Positions 26,275 to 38,068 of a stretch of 64,000 nucleotides of DNA are shown piece by piece (position 1 is the first letter of the stretch; each line of letters opens with the position of its first letter). Below the pieces are notes generated by a model, which was given only the letters and a program-made list of their open reading frames with translations, searched no databases and had not been told where the DNA came from. The translations under genes were made by a program, and so were the position numbers. This DNA is from Malacoraja senta (lineage: Eukaryota), in contig CM075996.1 of the NCBI GenBank assembly GCA_038087875.1, forward strand, positions 9,426,001-9,490,000, written 5' to 3'.

Positions 26275-26560
26275 AGGGCCTGTCCCACTGTACGAGGTAA
26301 TTCCCGAGTTTCCCCCGATTCGAACTCGGGGAATTACGATAATAGCCCTTCGTAGGTACTCGGGGCTCTCGTGGACATTTTTCACAGTGCTGAAAAAACG
26401 TCACGAATTTCCGCGTTTCCCGAGTACCTGCCGTTAGCAGTACAAGCTGCTACGGGACATCCACGAACTCCGACATAGCCGCTACGTACTTACCATGAGT
26501 TCGATTTAAAAAAAAACTCGGGAGAGCTCTTAAATTACCTCGTACAGTGGGACAGGCCCT
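26275..26560. mobile_element. PIF/Harbinger-type MITE (286 bp), same family, opposite orientation
   Basis: Same TIRs; TTA TSD at 26272-26274 and 26561-26563. Confidence 0.85.
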
Positions 26561-26562
26561 TT

Positions 26563-28613
26563 AGCGAACTAGGCAGGAGGCTGAAAAGCAGGACCTCTAG
26601 GGTGGTTATCTCTGGGTTGCTTCCAGTACCTCGTGCTAGTGAGGGTAGGAACAGGGAGATAGGGGATCTGAATGTGTGGCTGAGGAAGTTGGTGCAGGGG
26701 GCAGGGATTTAGATTTCTAGATCACTGGAATCTCTTCTGGGGCAGGAGTGACCTGTACAAAAGGGACGGGTTGCACCTTAATTGGAAGGTGGACTAACAT
26801 TCTGGCAGGCAGGTTTGCTAGTGCTACACGGGTGGGTTTAAATTAAACAGTGGGGGGGTGGAGTCAACAATGTGGACGCGTCATCCGTGCAGCCAACGGG
26901 AATGAGAGTGTAGGAAAGGTCACGTTTAAACTAACAGGGCAGGGGGATGGGACCCAATGTAAGGAGAGAGGGCCATAAAAGGACAGAAGCAAAAGGTCGA
27001 AAGGAGATAAGAAAAATTAACCTGAAAGCTTTGTGCCTTAATGCCAGGAGTATTTGAAATAAGGTGGATGAATTTGATGCACAGTTAGTAGTTGAGGTGT
27101 ATGATATAGTTGGAATTACGGAACATGGTTCCAGGGTGACCAAGGCTGGGAGCTAAACATGCTGGGGTAGTCGATATTCAGGAAGGATAGACAGACTGGA
27201 AGAGGAGGTAAGGTGGCATCGCTGGTTAAAGAGGAGATTAATGCAATAGCAAGGAGAAACATCAGCTTGGATGCTGTAGAATCGGTATGGGTAGAACTGC
27301 GAAATAGCCAAGGGCAGAAAACGCTTGTTAGAGTTGTATACAGACCACCAAACAGCAGTTGGGGATAGCATCAAACAGGAAATTAGGGATGTGTGTAGCA
27401 ATGGTACAGCAGTTATCATGGGTGACTTTAATCTACATATAGATTGGGCCAACCAAATTGGTAGCAGCGCTGAGGAAGAGGATTTCCTGGAATGTATATG
27501 GGATGGGTTTTTAAACCAACATGTATAGGAACTGACTAGAGGGCAGGCCATCCTAGACTGGGAATTGTGTAATGAGAAAGGATTAGTTAGCGATCTTGTT
27601 GTGCAAGCCCCTTGGGCAACAGTGACCATAATATGGTGGAATTCAACATTAGGATGGACAGTGACACGGTTAATTCAGAGACGAGGGTCCTGAACTTGAA
27701 TAAAGGAGACCTTGAAGGTATGAGATGGGAATTGGCTGGGATAAACAGGAAACTTATACTTAAAGGGTTGACGGTGGAGATGCAATGGCGAAAATGTAAA
27801 GACCGCATGAATGAATTCCAAAAATTGTTCATCCCTGTCTGGCGAAAAAATAAAACGGGGAAGGCTGCTCAACCGTGGCTGACGAGGGAAATCAAGGATA
27901 GTGTTAAAGCCAAGGAAGAGGCATATAAATTGGCCTTCCTGTTTTTGCTACCAAAGTGGATAACCTCACATTTATCCACATTAAACTGCATCTGCCATGC
28001 ATCTGCCCACTCACCCAACCTGTCCAAGTCACCCTGCATTCTCATAGCATCCTCCTCACAGTTCACACTGCCACCCAGCTTTGTGTCATCTGCAAATTTG
28101 CTAATGTTACTTGTAATCCCTTCATCTAAATCATTAATATATATTGTAAATAGCTGCGGTCCCAGCACCAAGCCTTGCGGTACCCCACTAGTCACTGCCT
28201 GCCATTCTGAAAGGGACCCGTTAATCCCTACGCTTTGTTTCCTGTCTGCCAACCATTTCTCTATCCATGTCAGCACTCTACCCCCAATACCATGTGCCCT
28301 AATTTTGCCCACTAATCTCCTATGAGGGACCTTATCAAATGCTTTCTGAAAGTCCAGGTACACTACATCCACTGAATCTCCCTTGTCCATTTTCCTAGTT
28401 ACATCCTCAAAAGATTCCAGAAGATTAGTCAAGCATGATTTTCCCTCTTAAATCCATGCTGACTCGGACCGATCCTGTTACTGCTATGGATATGGGGAAA
28501 AAGCCGGAAAGGGGTACTGATTTTGGATGATCAGCCATGATCATATTGAATGGCGGTGCTGGCTTGAAGGGCCGAATGCCCTACTCTTGCATCTATATTC
28601 TATGTTTCTATGT
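26563..28613 (+). mobile_element. Rearranged CR1 LINE: ORF1 esterase end and ORF2 APE endonuclease (+), inverted RT segment (about 27934-28487, -), 3' UTR (+)
   Basis: ELGRRLKSRTSRVVISGLLPVPRASEGRNREI...GFRFLDHWNLFWGRSDLYKRDGLHLN (SGNH-like ORF1); LCLNARSI, VIMGDFN, SDHNMVEF (APE); minus ORF 27869..28432 has VYLDFQKAFDKVPH...SGVPQG...FADDTK. Confidence 0.9.
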
Positions 28614-28788
28614 TACTGCCTTCCAGCGCCAGAGACTCGGGTTTGATCCTGACTACGGGTGCTGTCTGTACGGCGTCACCCTCAGTTACGGGCTAGTCCC
28701 TCACTCATGAATACTAAGCAATCGCAGGAGGAGGTATGCCTGAGCCACCCTGCCTGGACCCGGTTGTACGGTTCATGCATCACTCTAC

Positions 28789-28884
28789 CTTGATAAGTGA
28801 GTCAGCATCTTCAATCTGTGATGGGATGTCTGACAACGTGTTGAAGATTGACGCTGAGTTTTCCGACTGGATGAGCTCCTCTTC
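28789..28884 (-). CDS. SGSM3: SGSM3 coding exon ([32 protein letters not shown])
   Basis: 96 nt, phase 0/0; tttcag acceptor and gtagag donor; not in the ORF track, read by hand. Confidence 0.93.
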
Positions 28885-29447
28885 CTGAAATAAAAGCAAC
28901 ACGTTTAAGTTTATGAGGCATCTCAGAGTGCACTCCACTCACCTTCTTCACTGCACTTGTGGCTGCAGCTCAGATAAGCAAATATGCCAGCGTTGAGGGC
29001 AGCACGGTGGCGCAGTGGTACAGCCCCAGGGACACGGGTTCCGTCCCCACTAGTGGTGCTGTCTGTACGGAGATTTACGTTTTACCCTGTGACCACGTGG
29101 GTTTTTACCAGGTGCTCCAGTTTCCTCCCACACTCCAAAGACGTACAGGTTTGTCGGATAATTGGCGTCACATAAATTGTAAATTGTCCCTAGTGGGTAA
29201 GATAGTGCTCGTAAACGGGGTGATCGTGGTCGGTGCGGCTGAAGGGCCTGTATCTCCAAAGTCTAAATTAATGCAATGATATCAAAAGAACGACTGAATG
29301 AATTGAGACAAAAGGAACTGCAGATTCTGGAATCTTGATTCACACACAAAGTGCTGGAGTAACTTGGAGGTTAAGGTGGCATCTGTGGAGGGAATGGACA
29401 GGCAACATTTCAGGTCGAGTCTGAACGAAGGGCCTCGACCTGAAATG

Positions 29448-29900
29448 TTTAAGAAAGAACTGCGGATGCTGGAGAAATCGAAGGTAGACAAAAATGCTGG
29501 AGAAAATCAGCGGGTGGGGCAGTATTTATGGAGCGAAGGAATAGGTGATGTTTCGGGTCGAGACCCTTCTTCAGACTGATGTAGGCGTGGGGGGGGGGGA
29601 GGGGCGGGAAGAAGAAAGGAAGAGGTGGAGACAGTGGGCTGTGGGAGAACTGGGTCGGGGAGGGGAAGGAGGGAGAAAGCAAGGACTACCTGAAATTGGA
29701 GAAGTCAATTTTCATACTGCTGGGGTGCAAACTACCGAAGCGAAATATGAGGTGCTGCTCCTCCAATTTGCGGTGGGACTCACTCTGGCCATGGAGGAGG
29801 CCCAGGACAGAAAGGTCGGATTGGGTATGGGAAGGGGAGTTAAAGTGCTGATCCAACAGGAGATCAGGTTGGTTATTGCGAACTGAGCGAAGCGATTTGC
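29448..29900 (-). mobile_element. Penelope-like element 3' fragment (GIY-YIG C-terminus plus pLTR)
   Basis: Minus strand reads HFNSPSHTQSDLSVLGLLHGQSESHRKLEEQHLIFRFGSLHPSSMKIDFSNFR*, then a pyrimidine-rich stretch and a pLTR with the hammerhead-like motif at 29548-29575. Confidence 0.85.
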
Positions 29901-32172
29901 CTCGACCCGCAATGTCACCAATTCATTCCCTCCACAAATGTGCCTGGTCTGCTGCGTTACTCCAGCACTTTGCGCTCACAACTGACCAAATGACCAGTTG
30001 GCTGTGTTCCAGTTACGCATCTTCAGAGAGACTTAATGGTGTGAAAACCAATAAAACTCTCTGAGCAACCTCACACATGACCTGGTATGTTTAGCCATGC
30101 ATATAGTTCATTTTGAATAGACGAGGTTTCGTTTAGTTGAGAGAACTAGTGCGGAAACAAGCCCCCACCGGCCCATTGAGTCCTCACCCACCAGCAATCC
30201 CTGCACATTAACACTCTCCTACACATGCTGGAGACAATTTTTACATTTACACCAATGAACCTACAAACCTGTATGTCTTTGGTGTGTGGGAAGAAACTGA
30301 AGATCTGGGAGAAAACCCACGCAGGTCACGGGGAGAACGTACAAACTCCGTACAGACAGCACCCGTGGTCAGATTGAACCCGGGACTCTAGTGCTGTGAG
30401 GCAGCAACTCTACCGCTGCGCCACCGTGCCTTCTATAAGTTGAAGGGATTAACCCTAAGAGCTATATCCAAGTGTCTCTTCAATACATCCAGTGAATTGG
30501 CCTCCAATGCTCTTCTGTGGCAGAAAATTCCACAGATTCACGTCTCTCTGGGTGAAAAATGTTTTTCCTCATCTCAGTCCTAAATGACTGAGATGAGTTT
30601 GAATTAATATCTCAAATCTTTTTTGATTCACTTTTTTTTAAAGATGTTATACTAAGGTAAGTTGAAAGTGAGACACAAGAAATTGCAAATGCCTGATTTT
30701 GGAACAAAATTGCTGGAAGAACTCTGCAGTTCGGGCAGCATCTGTGGAGGCAGAGAAATAAATGGTCAACGTTTTGGGTTGAGATACTAATGCAGGGTGC
30801 TGACCTGAAAAATCAACCATTCCTTTGCCTCCAAGTTGAAAGGGAGCATAGGAACCACTGTCCTGATAAATAAGAAGGAACTACTGATGCTGGTTTACAC
30901 CAAGGATAGACACAAAATGCTGGAGTAACTCAGCGGGTCAGGCAGCATCTCTGGAGAAAAGGAATAGGTGACGTTTCGGGTTGAGACCCTATTTCAGGCT
31001 GAAGAAGGTTACCCAATCTGAAACGTCACCCATTCCTTTTCTCCAGAGATGCTGCCTGTCCCGCTGTGTTACTCCAGCACTATCCTGATGAGTTATATAT
31101 CTGACATTATTACACACACCAATGAATAACAATACTCTGCTCACATCCTGCTGCTTCTTGCACAGGATATCGCAGGATATGTGCAGAGCATTGCTTATTG
31201 AGAGTGTGCAGTAATGTGGATAGAACAGTACAGGGCCCACAATGTCAGTGCCCAATTTGACGCCAAGTTAAACTTGCCTCTGCCAGCATGTGATCCGTAT
31301 CCTTCATTCCCTTCACATCTACGTTACATCCCATAGACAGTGGCACGGTGACATCGTGGACGGGGAGGACGAGAGAGTGTCAGAAGGAACTGCAGATGCT
31401 GGTTTACACCCAAGATAGACAAGACATGCTGGAGTAACCCAACTGAGTAACTCCAGCATCTTGTGTCTATCTTGTGTCTGTGGAATTCTCTGCCTCAGAG
31501 GGCGGTGGAGGCCGGTTCTCTGGATGCTTTCAAGAGAGAGCTAGATAGGGCTCTTAAAAATAGCGGAGTCAGGGGATATGGGGAGAAGGCAGGAACGGGG
31601 TACTGATTGGGGATGATCAGCCATGATCATATTGAATGGCGGTGCTGGCTTGAAGGGCTGAATGGCCTACTCCTGCACCTATGTTTCTATGAATTGCATC
31701 CAATTGTCTGGGAAATCTGCCAAGTGCTGCAGGTGCTGGGTTATCAGGAGGTTTACTGTGACTTACAGAACTCCTGCAGTTATAGGAGACTGAGGAAGGG
31801 TCCCGACTCAAAACGTCACCTATCCTTTTTCTCCAAAGAAATGTTACGGTACAGTCAAAAGTAATAGTGACCATAAGTCAAAGTTTCCTGTCGGTCACGG
31901 TACGGGGCAAGGATGTACCAAGAGACTCGACGGCGGCAGCGGGTGCCGCGGCGGCAACATGGAGCTCAGCGACAACAGGAGCCTCGGTGGTGGTGGGGCC
32001 TCGCGGTCGATGAGCGTGAGGGGGGAGGGGAAAACAATGGGGACCGGGCATGGGGGAATGCCATGAAGAACAATGGGGAATCATAAACCGGATCGCTTAA
32101 CACTGTAAGGCTGCAACTCTAGCGCTGGGCCACCGTGCCGCCCTCAATCGCTCCAAATAGCAGTATGCATAC

Positions 32173-32318
32173 CTTCAGCTTCAGCATTCCCAAGGTGATC
32201 TGGAAGAGCAGAACAGAGCCCTCGCAGAAGAACAAGTCCCATACTCGGAGGAGGATGTTGATATGTATCACGCTGGCAAACGCTGTCAGGAACCAGTGCA
32301 AGGTGATCAAGGACAGTT
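32173..32318 (-). CDS. SGSM3: SGSM3 coding exon ([49 protein letters not shown])
   Basis: 146 nt, phase 1/0; gtacag acceptor and gtatgc donor; TBC C-terminal subdomain. Confidence 0.97.
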
Positions 32319-33059
32319 CTGTACATGACACAAAATAGGTGACTGTGAGAAGGTTTAACACACTCAAATAAACCTGCAAGCCAACGGGTACAGGTAAATG
32401 AGTTTTCAAGTTCAAGTTCAAATTTATTTGTTTTACACTAACTGCAGGACACCTTCCTTATTCTATCAGTAAAATCCCAACAAGAGAGCATTCACCTTGA
32501 TCTAAAGGTAGACACAAACACCTGGAGTAATTCAGCGGGACTGGCAGCATCTCTGGAGAGAAGGAACGGGTGACGTTTTGAGTCGAGACCCTTCTTCAGA
32601 CCCGAAACGTCACTGCAGAGATGCTGCCTGCCCCGTTGAGTTACTCCAGCTGTTTGCGTCTATCTTCGGTTTAAACCGGCATCTGCAGTTCCTTCTCACA
32701 CACCTTGATCTAAACCCAGAGAGATCAAAGCACCATCACATAAAAATGACCACAGTCAGTCTCAGGGCTTAATTGTTTATGGACATTCTTTGAGCAGATA
32801 ATTAGAGCAGTTTGAGAATAAATTTGGAAAATGTGTTGAGGAGCAAAGAAACAAAGTAACAGTGGGAAACACAATAGTGATCAATCAAGTCTAGGAAAAT
32901 ACATCCCATTACACTATATGACGTGCCTCTTCTGAATAAAAATGTACGCACTAAGTACGTTGACAACAAAGGAAACACAGACAAAGGGAAAGTATATTAA
33001 GTATGAAAAGGAAGCTTAATGTTGTTTACTGCAGCACAAGAACTGACGTTTAGGTGAAA

Positions 33060-33535
33060 GAAGAGACACAATGTGTTGCAGTAACTCAGCGAGTCAGGTG
33101 GCATCCCATGTACAACATGGATAGGGGATGTTTCTGATCGGGACCCTTCTTCAGACTGATTGTGGTGGTGGGGGGGAGGAGGGGGGGGGAGAAAACTGGA
33201 AGAGGGGTCAGGACAGGACAAATCCTGCCGAGCGATACTGGGGGGGGGGGGGGGTTGGTAAGTAGATGGTTAGACAAAGACCAGAGATGAAGAGACAAAT
33301 AGGGTGAGAAGGTTAGAAGTGCTACAAATTGTGAAGCCAGAGGAAGGAATGTAGGTGGAAGGGAGCAAGGGGAGGGGGGAGGGGAGAAAAGGGGTGCAAA
33401 TCCATGAGGGGCCTGTGCAGGGAAGAGGTGAGTGGGGGGTTCTGTTAGAAGGTTAGACATTGGACAATTCAATGTTGATACCATTAGGTTGTAAGCTACC
33501 CAAGTGGAATGAGGTGCTGCTCCTCCAGTTTCTCT
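33060..33535 (-). mobile_element. Penelope-like element 3' fragment
   Basis: NWRSSTSFHLGSLQPNGINIELSN remnant followed by pLTR (GAAGAAGGGTCCCGATCAGAAACATC). Confidence 0.75.
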
Positions 33536-35794
33536 TTTGTTCCCCAAAGAGAGCGATGAGTACATGGAAGAAGCTGCTGGAGATGGCGGTGGAGGCAGAT
33601 ACGATAGTGGCATTTGGGAGATGTTTGGATAGGCGCAAGGATATAAAGGGAATGGAGGTATATGGATTATGGGCAGGCAGATAAAATTGGCCATGGCGTC
33701 ATGTTCGGCACCGACATGGTGGGCCATACGGCCTGCTCCTTTGCTGTACTGTTCTGTGTAAACTCAGTCTATTGGGCAGCAGCGATTCCTACCCTTCTAT
33801 GTACTTCTATGTGCTTCTGAGACTTGGCTGGCACTGAGAAAATAACAAATGGCACCAAAATCTGGTGCTGGCTCGAAGGGCCAAATGGCCTACTCCTGCA
33901 CCTATTGTCTATTGTCTATTGACTAATGCGTGTGGGCGGCACGGTGGCGCAGCGGTAGAGTTGCTGCCTTCAAGCGCCAGAGACCTGGGTTCGATCCTGA
34001 CATCGGGTACTGTCTGTGTGGACTTTGCATGTTCTTCCTGTGACCAGCATGGCAAAATTGTAAATTGTCCCAAGTGTGAGTAGGACAGTGTTAGTGCGCG
34101 GGGATCGCTGGTCGGCGTGGACTCGGTGGGCTGAAGGACCTGTTTCTGCGCTGTATCTCTAAACTAAACTAAACTGAGACCTCCTGTTGTAGTGAGGATA
34201 CGTTCCAGTACATCACTGTTCATTTCCCTTAGCTTCCACGACTTTCTCCATGGTAAACACTGATGAGAAATATTCTTTTAATATCTCGCCCATCTCCTGT
34301 GGGCCTTGTATAATCCCCTGGTGGATTCCAAAATCGTAAAACATTCCAGACTTGTTTTCTGGTGTAAGCAAAAAGCAAAGTGCATGAAAAACAAGTTGGC
34401 TGAGATAGACTGCAAAGTGATATTTAGATATTGCAGATGGATGGCAATAATGTGAAGAAATGTTTCAAGGAACAGACTTTAAATAAGAAAAAGCAGTCAT
34501 GGGTACAGTCACCAAAATATGGCTATCTTGAAAGGTGACGAGTTTAATTAGATAGAAGAATTATGTTTACCTGCAAGTCTAGGAATTGGCAGAAAATATT
34601 AAATTCAACGCAGACATATAATTTACAAAAGGAAATTAATAAGAAAAAACATGAAATAAATTGTGAGGAAAATGCAGTAAAAATAAATGCAGGTCTGCGG
34701 AAACAGAGACAAGTGGAATTACAAAATGTAAATAAATGGCTGTGATATTGAACAAATGTGGTCTTTTTCACTGTTGAAGATAGAAAGGTTGTAGCATGAA
34801 TTGGGGTCGCAATTGAGAATTTGTTTTAGAGATACAGCGCGGAAACAAGCCCTTTATCCCACTGAGGCTGCATTGACCTGTGATCCCCACACATTATCAC
34901 TACCCTACACACACTAGGGACAATTTACATTTATACCAAAGCCAATTAAACTACATACCCGTACGTCTTTGGAGTGTGGGAGGAAACCGAAGATATCGGA
35001 GAAAACCCACACGGTCACAGGGAGAACATACAAACTTCGTATAGACATCACCTATAGTCAGGATTGAACCCGGGTCTCTGGCGCTGTGAGGCAGCAACTC
35101 TATCACCGTGCCACCCTCAAGTTGATGAAGTTTGATTTTGTTCATTCTTTAAATAAACGTTCTCCTCTCGGCAAATTGAGAGTTTGTTCAGAGCCCAGTC
35201 ATGTACAGCCTACCTCCCTTGGCCGATATCAGAGTCAATGGGCAAAGTGTTCCTCAGTCCCACAGACGGCAGGCACACAGATCTTCACACAACGTTCCCC
35301 TTCCTCTGTCTGACATTCCTGCCTCACTCCCACCCTCACACATACTCCTGTCAGGCCTCCCCCGTCTCCCATTCACCAGCGCACTCTCTCTCAGCCTGAC
35401 TACCTTTACTGGACGGTAGAAACTCTACCACTGCACCACCGTGCCGCCCGGAAGAAGAATTTCAAGCCAGGAATCACAGTGCGGAAAAGTTATCCAGTGA
35501 TGTAGAGGAGTGCCAAAGCAATGGAAGCACGGCAGGTCAATGCCTCGCTGAAACTGGGGATATGAATAACCCTGCTCTCATCCACTGCAACTGAATTAAT
35601 GGTGTGGGTTCCACCCAGACGGCCAGCTCAACAGGTTTCAAGTCTAACTGCAGTGGCTGTTAACGAGATCCTATTTGACTTTTGTGGAAGATCTCCAGTG
35701 CGGAGAAAGATTAGTGGTGCCTTGAATAGATTTTAATTCATCTCAAAAAAGATGAACTAAAAGCCTGGGCATTGTGGCCTACAGTATGTTTGTA

Positions 35795-36270
35795 GACAAT
35801 AGACAATAGACAATAGGTGCAGGAGTAGGCCATTCGGCCCTTCGAGCCAGCACCGCCATTCTCTGTGATCATAGCCGATCATCCACGTTCAATACCCCGT
35901 TCCTGCCTTCTCCCCATATCCTCTGACTCTGCTATCTTTAAGAGCTCTATCTAACTCCCTAACTATCTGAAAGCATCCAGGATATGAGCCTCCACTGACT
36001 TCTGAGGTAGAGAATTCCACAGATTCACAACCTTCCGTGTGAAAAAGTTTTTCCTTATCTCTGTTCTAAATGACCTACACCTTATTCTTAAACTGTGGCC
36101 CCTGGTTCTGGACTCCTCCAACATCGGGAACATGTTTCCTGCCTCTAGCGTGTCCAATGCCTTAATAACCTTATACGTTTCAATAAGATTCCCTCTCATC
36201 CTTCTAAATTCCAGAGTATACAAGCCAGGTGCTCCCTTCTATCAACATACGACATCCCAGGAATTAACCT
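35795..36270 (-). mobile_element. CR1 LINE 3' fragment
   Basis: ORF 35963..36223; (CTATTGT)n tail. Confidence 0.85.
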
Positions 36271-37872
36271 TGTGCTGTAGAAGTGGTTGAAGAGAAAGTG
36301 AATGCTACAAAATCTCAAACTTTTAAAATCTTGAAAATCAGGAACTTAAAAAATCAATTTGTGGGCAGGTGTGGACAGGTCGGGGGCGGGAGTGGGAGTG
36401 GGGGTGGGAGTGGGAGCGGCAGCTCGCAGCAGCAGACCCGTTGATTGTTTGGAGCATCCAAACTGACTAATGAATCGGGGGAAGGACGAACGTAGGTGAA
36501 AGATTGCAAGGCTGGCATGGATGGTGATGAAAGAAAGTTCCAGTGGACAGAATAGGAAGGATAGAGTTGCTGCCTCACAGGGCCAGAGACCCGGGTTTGA
36601 TCCTGACTACGGGTGCTGTCTGCACAAAGTATATCCCCTTGACCTGCGTGGGTTTTCTCTGAAATCTTTGGTTTCCTCCCACACTCCAAAGATGTACAGG
36701 TTTGTAGGTTAATTGCCTTGATATACATGTAAGTTGTCCCTAGTGTGTGTAGGATGGTGTTAGTGTGCGGAGATCGCTGGTTGGTGCGGACTCAGTAGGC
36801 CGAAGAGCCTGTTTCTCTGAACTAAACTAAAACTAAAGAAAAGCAGGGAGCGAGGGAGGACTGTTGGTTTGATTTGCACGTATTTTAATGCGAGAGCCTG
36901 ACGAGTAAGGGAGATGACGTCAGGGCGTGGATAGATACGTGCGACTGGGATGTTGAAGCCATTACAGAAACCTGGTTAAGAGAGAGGACAAGTCTGACAG
37001 CCTAATGTTCCAGGGTACAGATGCTTCAGGAGAGATTGAAGTGGAGGTAAAAGAGGCGGAGGTGGTAGTGGCCATTTGGCTTGTTTTGTGTGTCATTAAT
37101 GATGGCATGTGTCTATAAATTTTACACTGCCCGTTATATTGCGGGTGGGATTTATGACGTATTTTAGGGCGTGTTTGGGGCTATGTATCTTGCGCAGAAG
37201 CTTAGTTGTTAATTTAGTTGGAACCAGCATGGCGAAGGTTTACCTTTGACCATGCAAAGTGTAACTGAGACACGAGGCGTTATCTAATGTTTAAAGCGAT
37301 AAGCTGGAGTTCGATGAAGATTATAGTAACGACTCGGAAGAAGTTTGGATGTTTTTCATCAACAATAAATAATTTATTCATAGGAAGACTGTGTTTTGAA
37401 GACTTATCTGTGAAGAAGCTCTGAAGGTTTCTGACGATGAGCTCGCATGCGTATAAAAGACATTCCCTTAACCATGTAGTCCATTTGCGGCTAGAGGGAA
37501 CGATATAAAAATCTGCCGCTACAGAGGTGTTGACTCGCATTGTGACCTGAATTGTGCATGAAACTTTCCCATCAGTCTGCCAAGTGAAAACAAAATGGCG
37601 CCCAACCCAGGCGACTATTTGTGCGCTGGCCACAGAAGCAGATTTGCAATCACATATTACAATCACACCACACTCTTAAATCTCTACTCCCGCAGCAACA
37701 TTTCTTCCCTTATCATGTATCTCTGCACGGTAGAGGGCCCGATTGTAATCATGTATTGTCTTTCCACTGGCTGGTTAGCACGCGACAAAAGCTTTGCACT
37801 GTACCTCGGTACACGTGACAATAAACTAAACTGAACTGAAACTGAAGACTGCGACTGGTTGAAAAGGCTTAC

Positions 37873-38068
37873 CGATGTCGTGTTCCTGGAGGAGTTTGTC
37901 GAGTCGGGGAAGGTACTGTACGATCAGATGCCGGAGAACGCGCTGGTCAGTCTGCACGCCCAGTAGTGTGGTGCTGAAGTATGAAGCAGGAACCAGGTCC
38001 TCAATGATGGCACACATCATCCAGAAAGCATCCTCCTCCTCAAGAAACAGCAGCAAACAAGCTGCCAC
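37873..38068 (-). CDS. SGSM3: SGSM3 coding exon ([65 protein letters not shown])
   Basis: 196 nt, phase 0/1; ctgcag acceptor and gtaagc donor; near-identical to vertebrate SGSM3. Confidence 0.97.

Noticed and set aside
27612..28325. 237-aa plus-strand ORF suggesting a novel fusion protein
   Set aside because: Reads from CR1 endonuclease/linker across the inversion junction into antisense RT sequence; no ATG start and no evidence of function.
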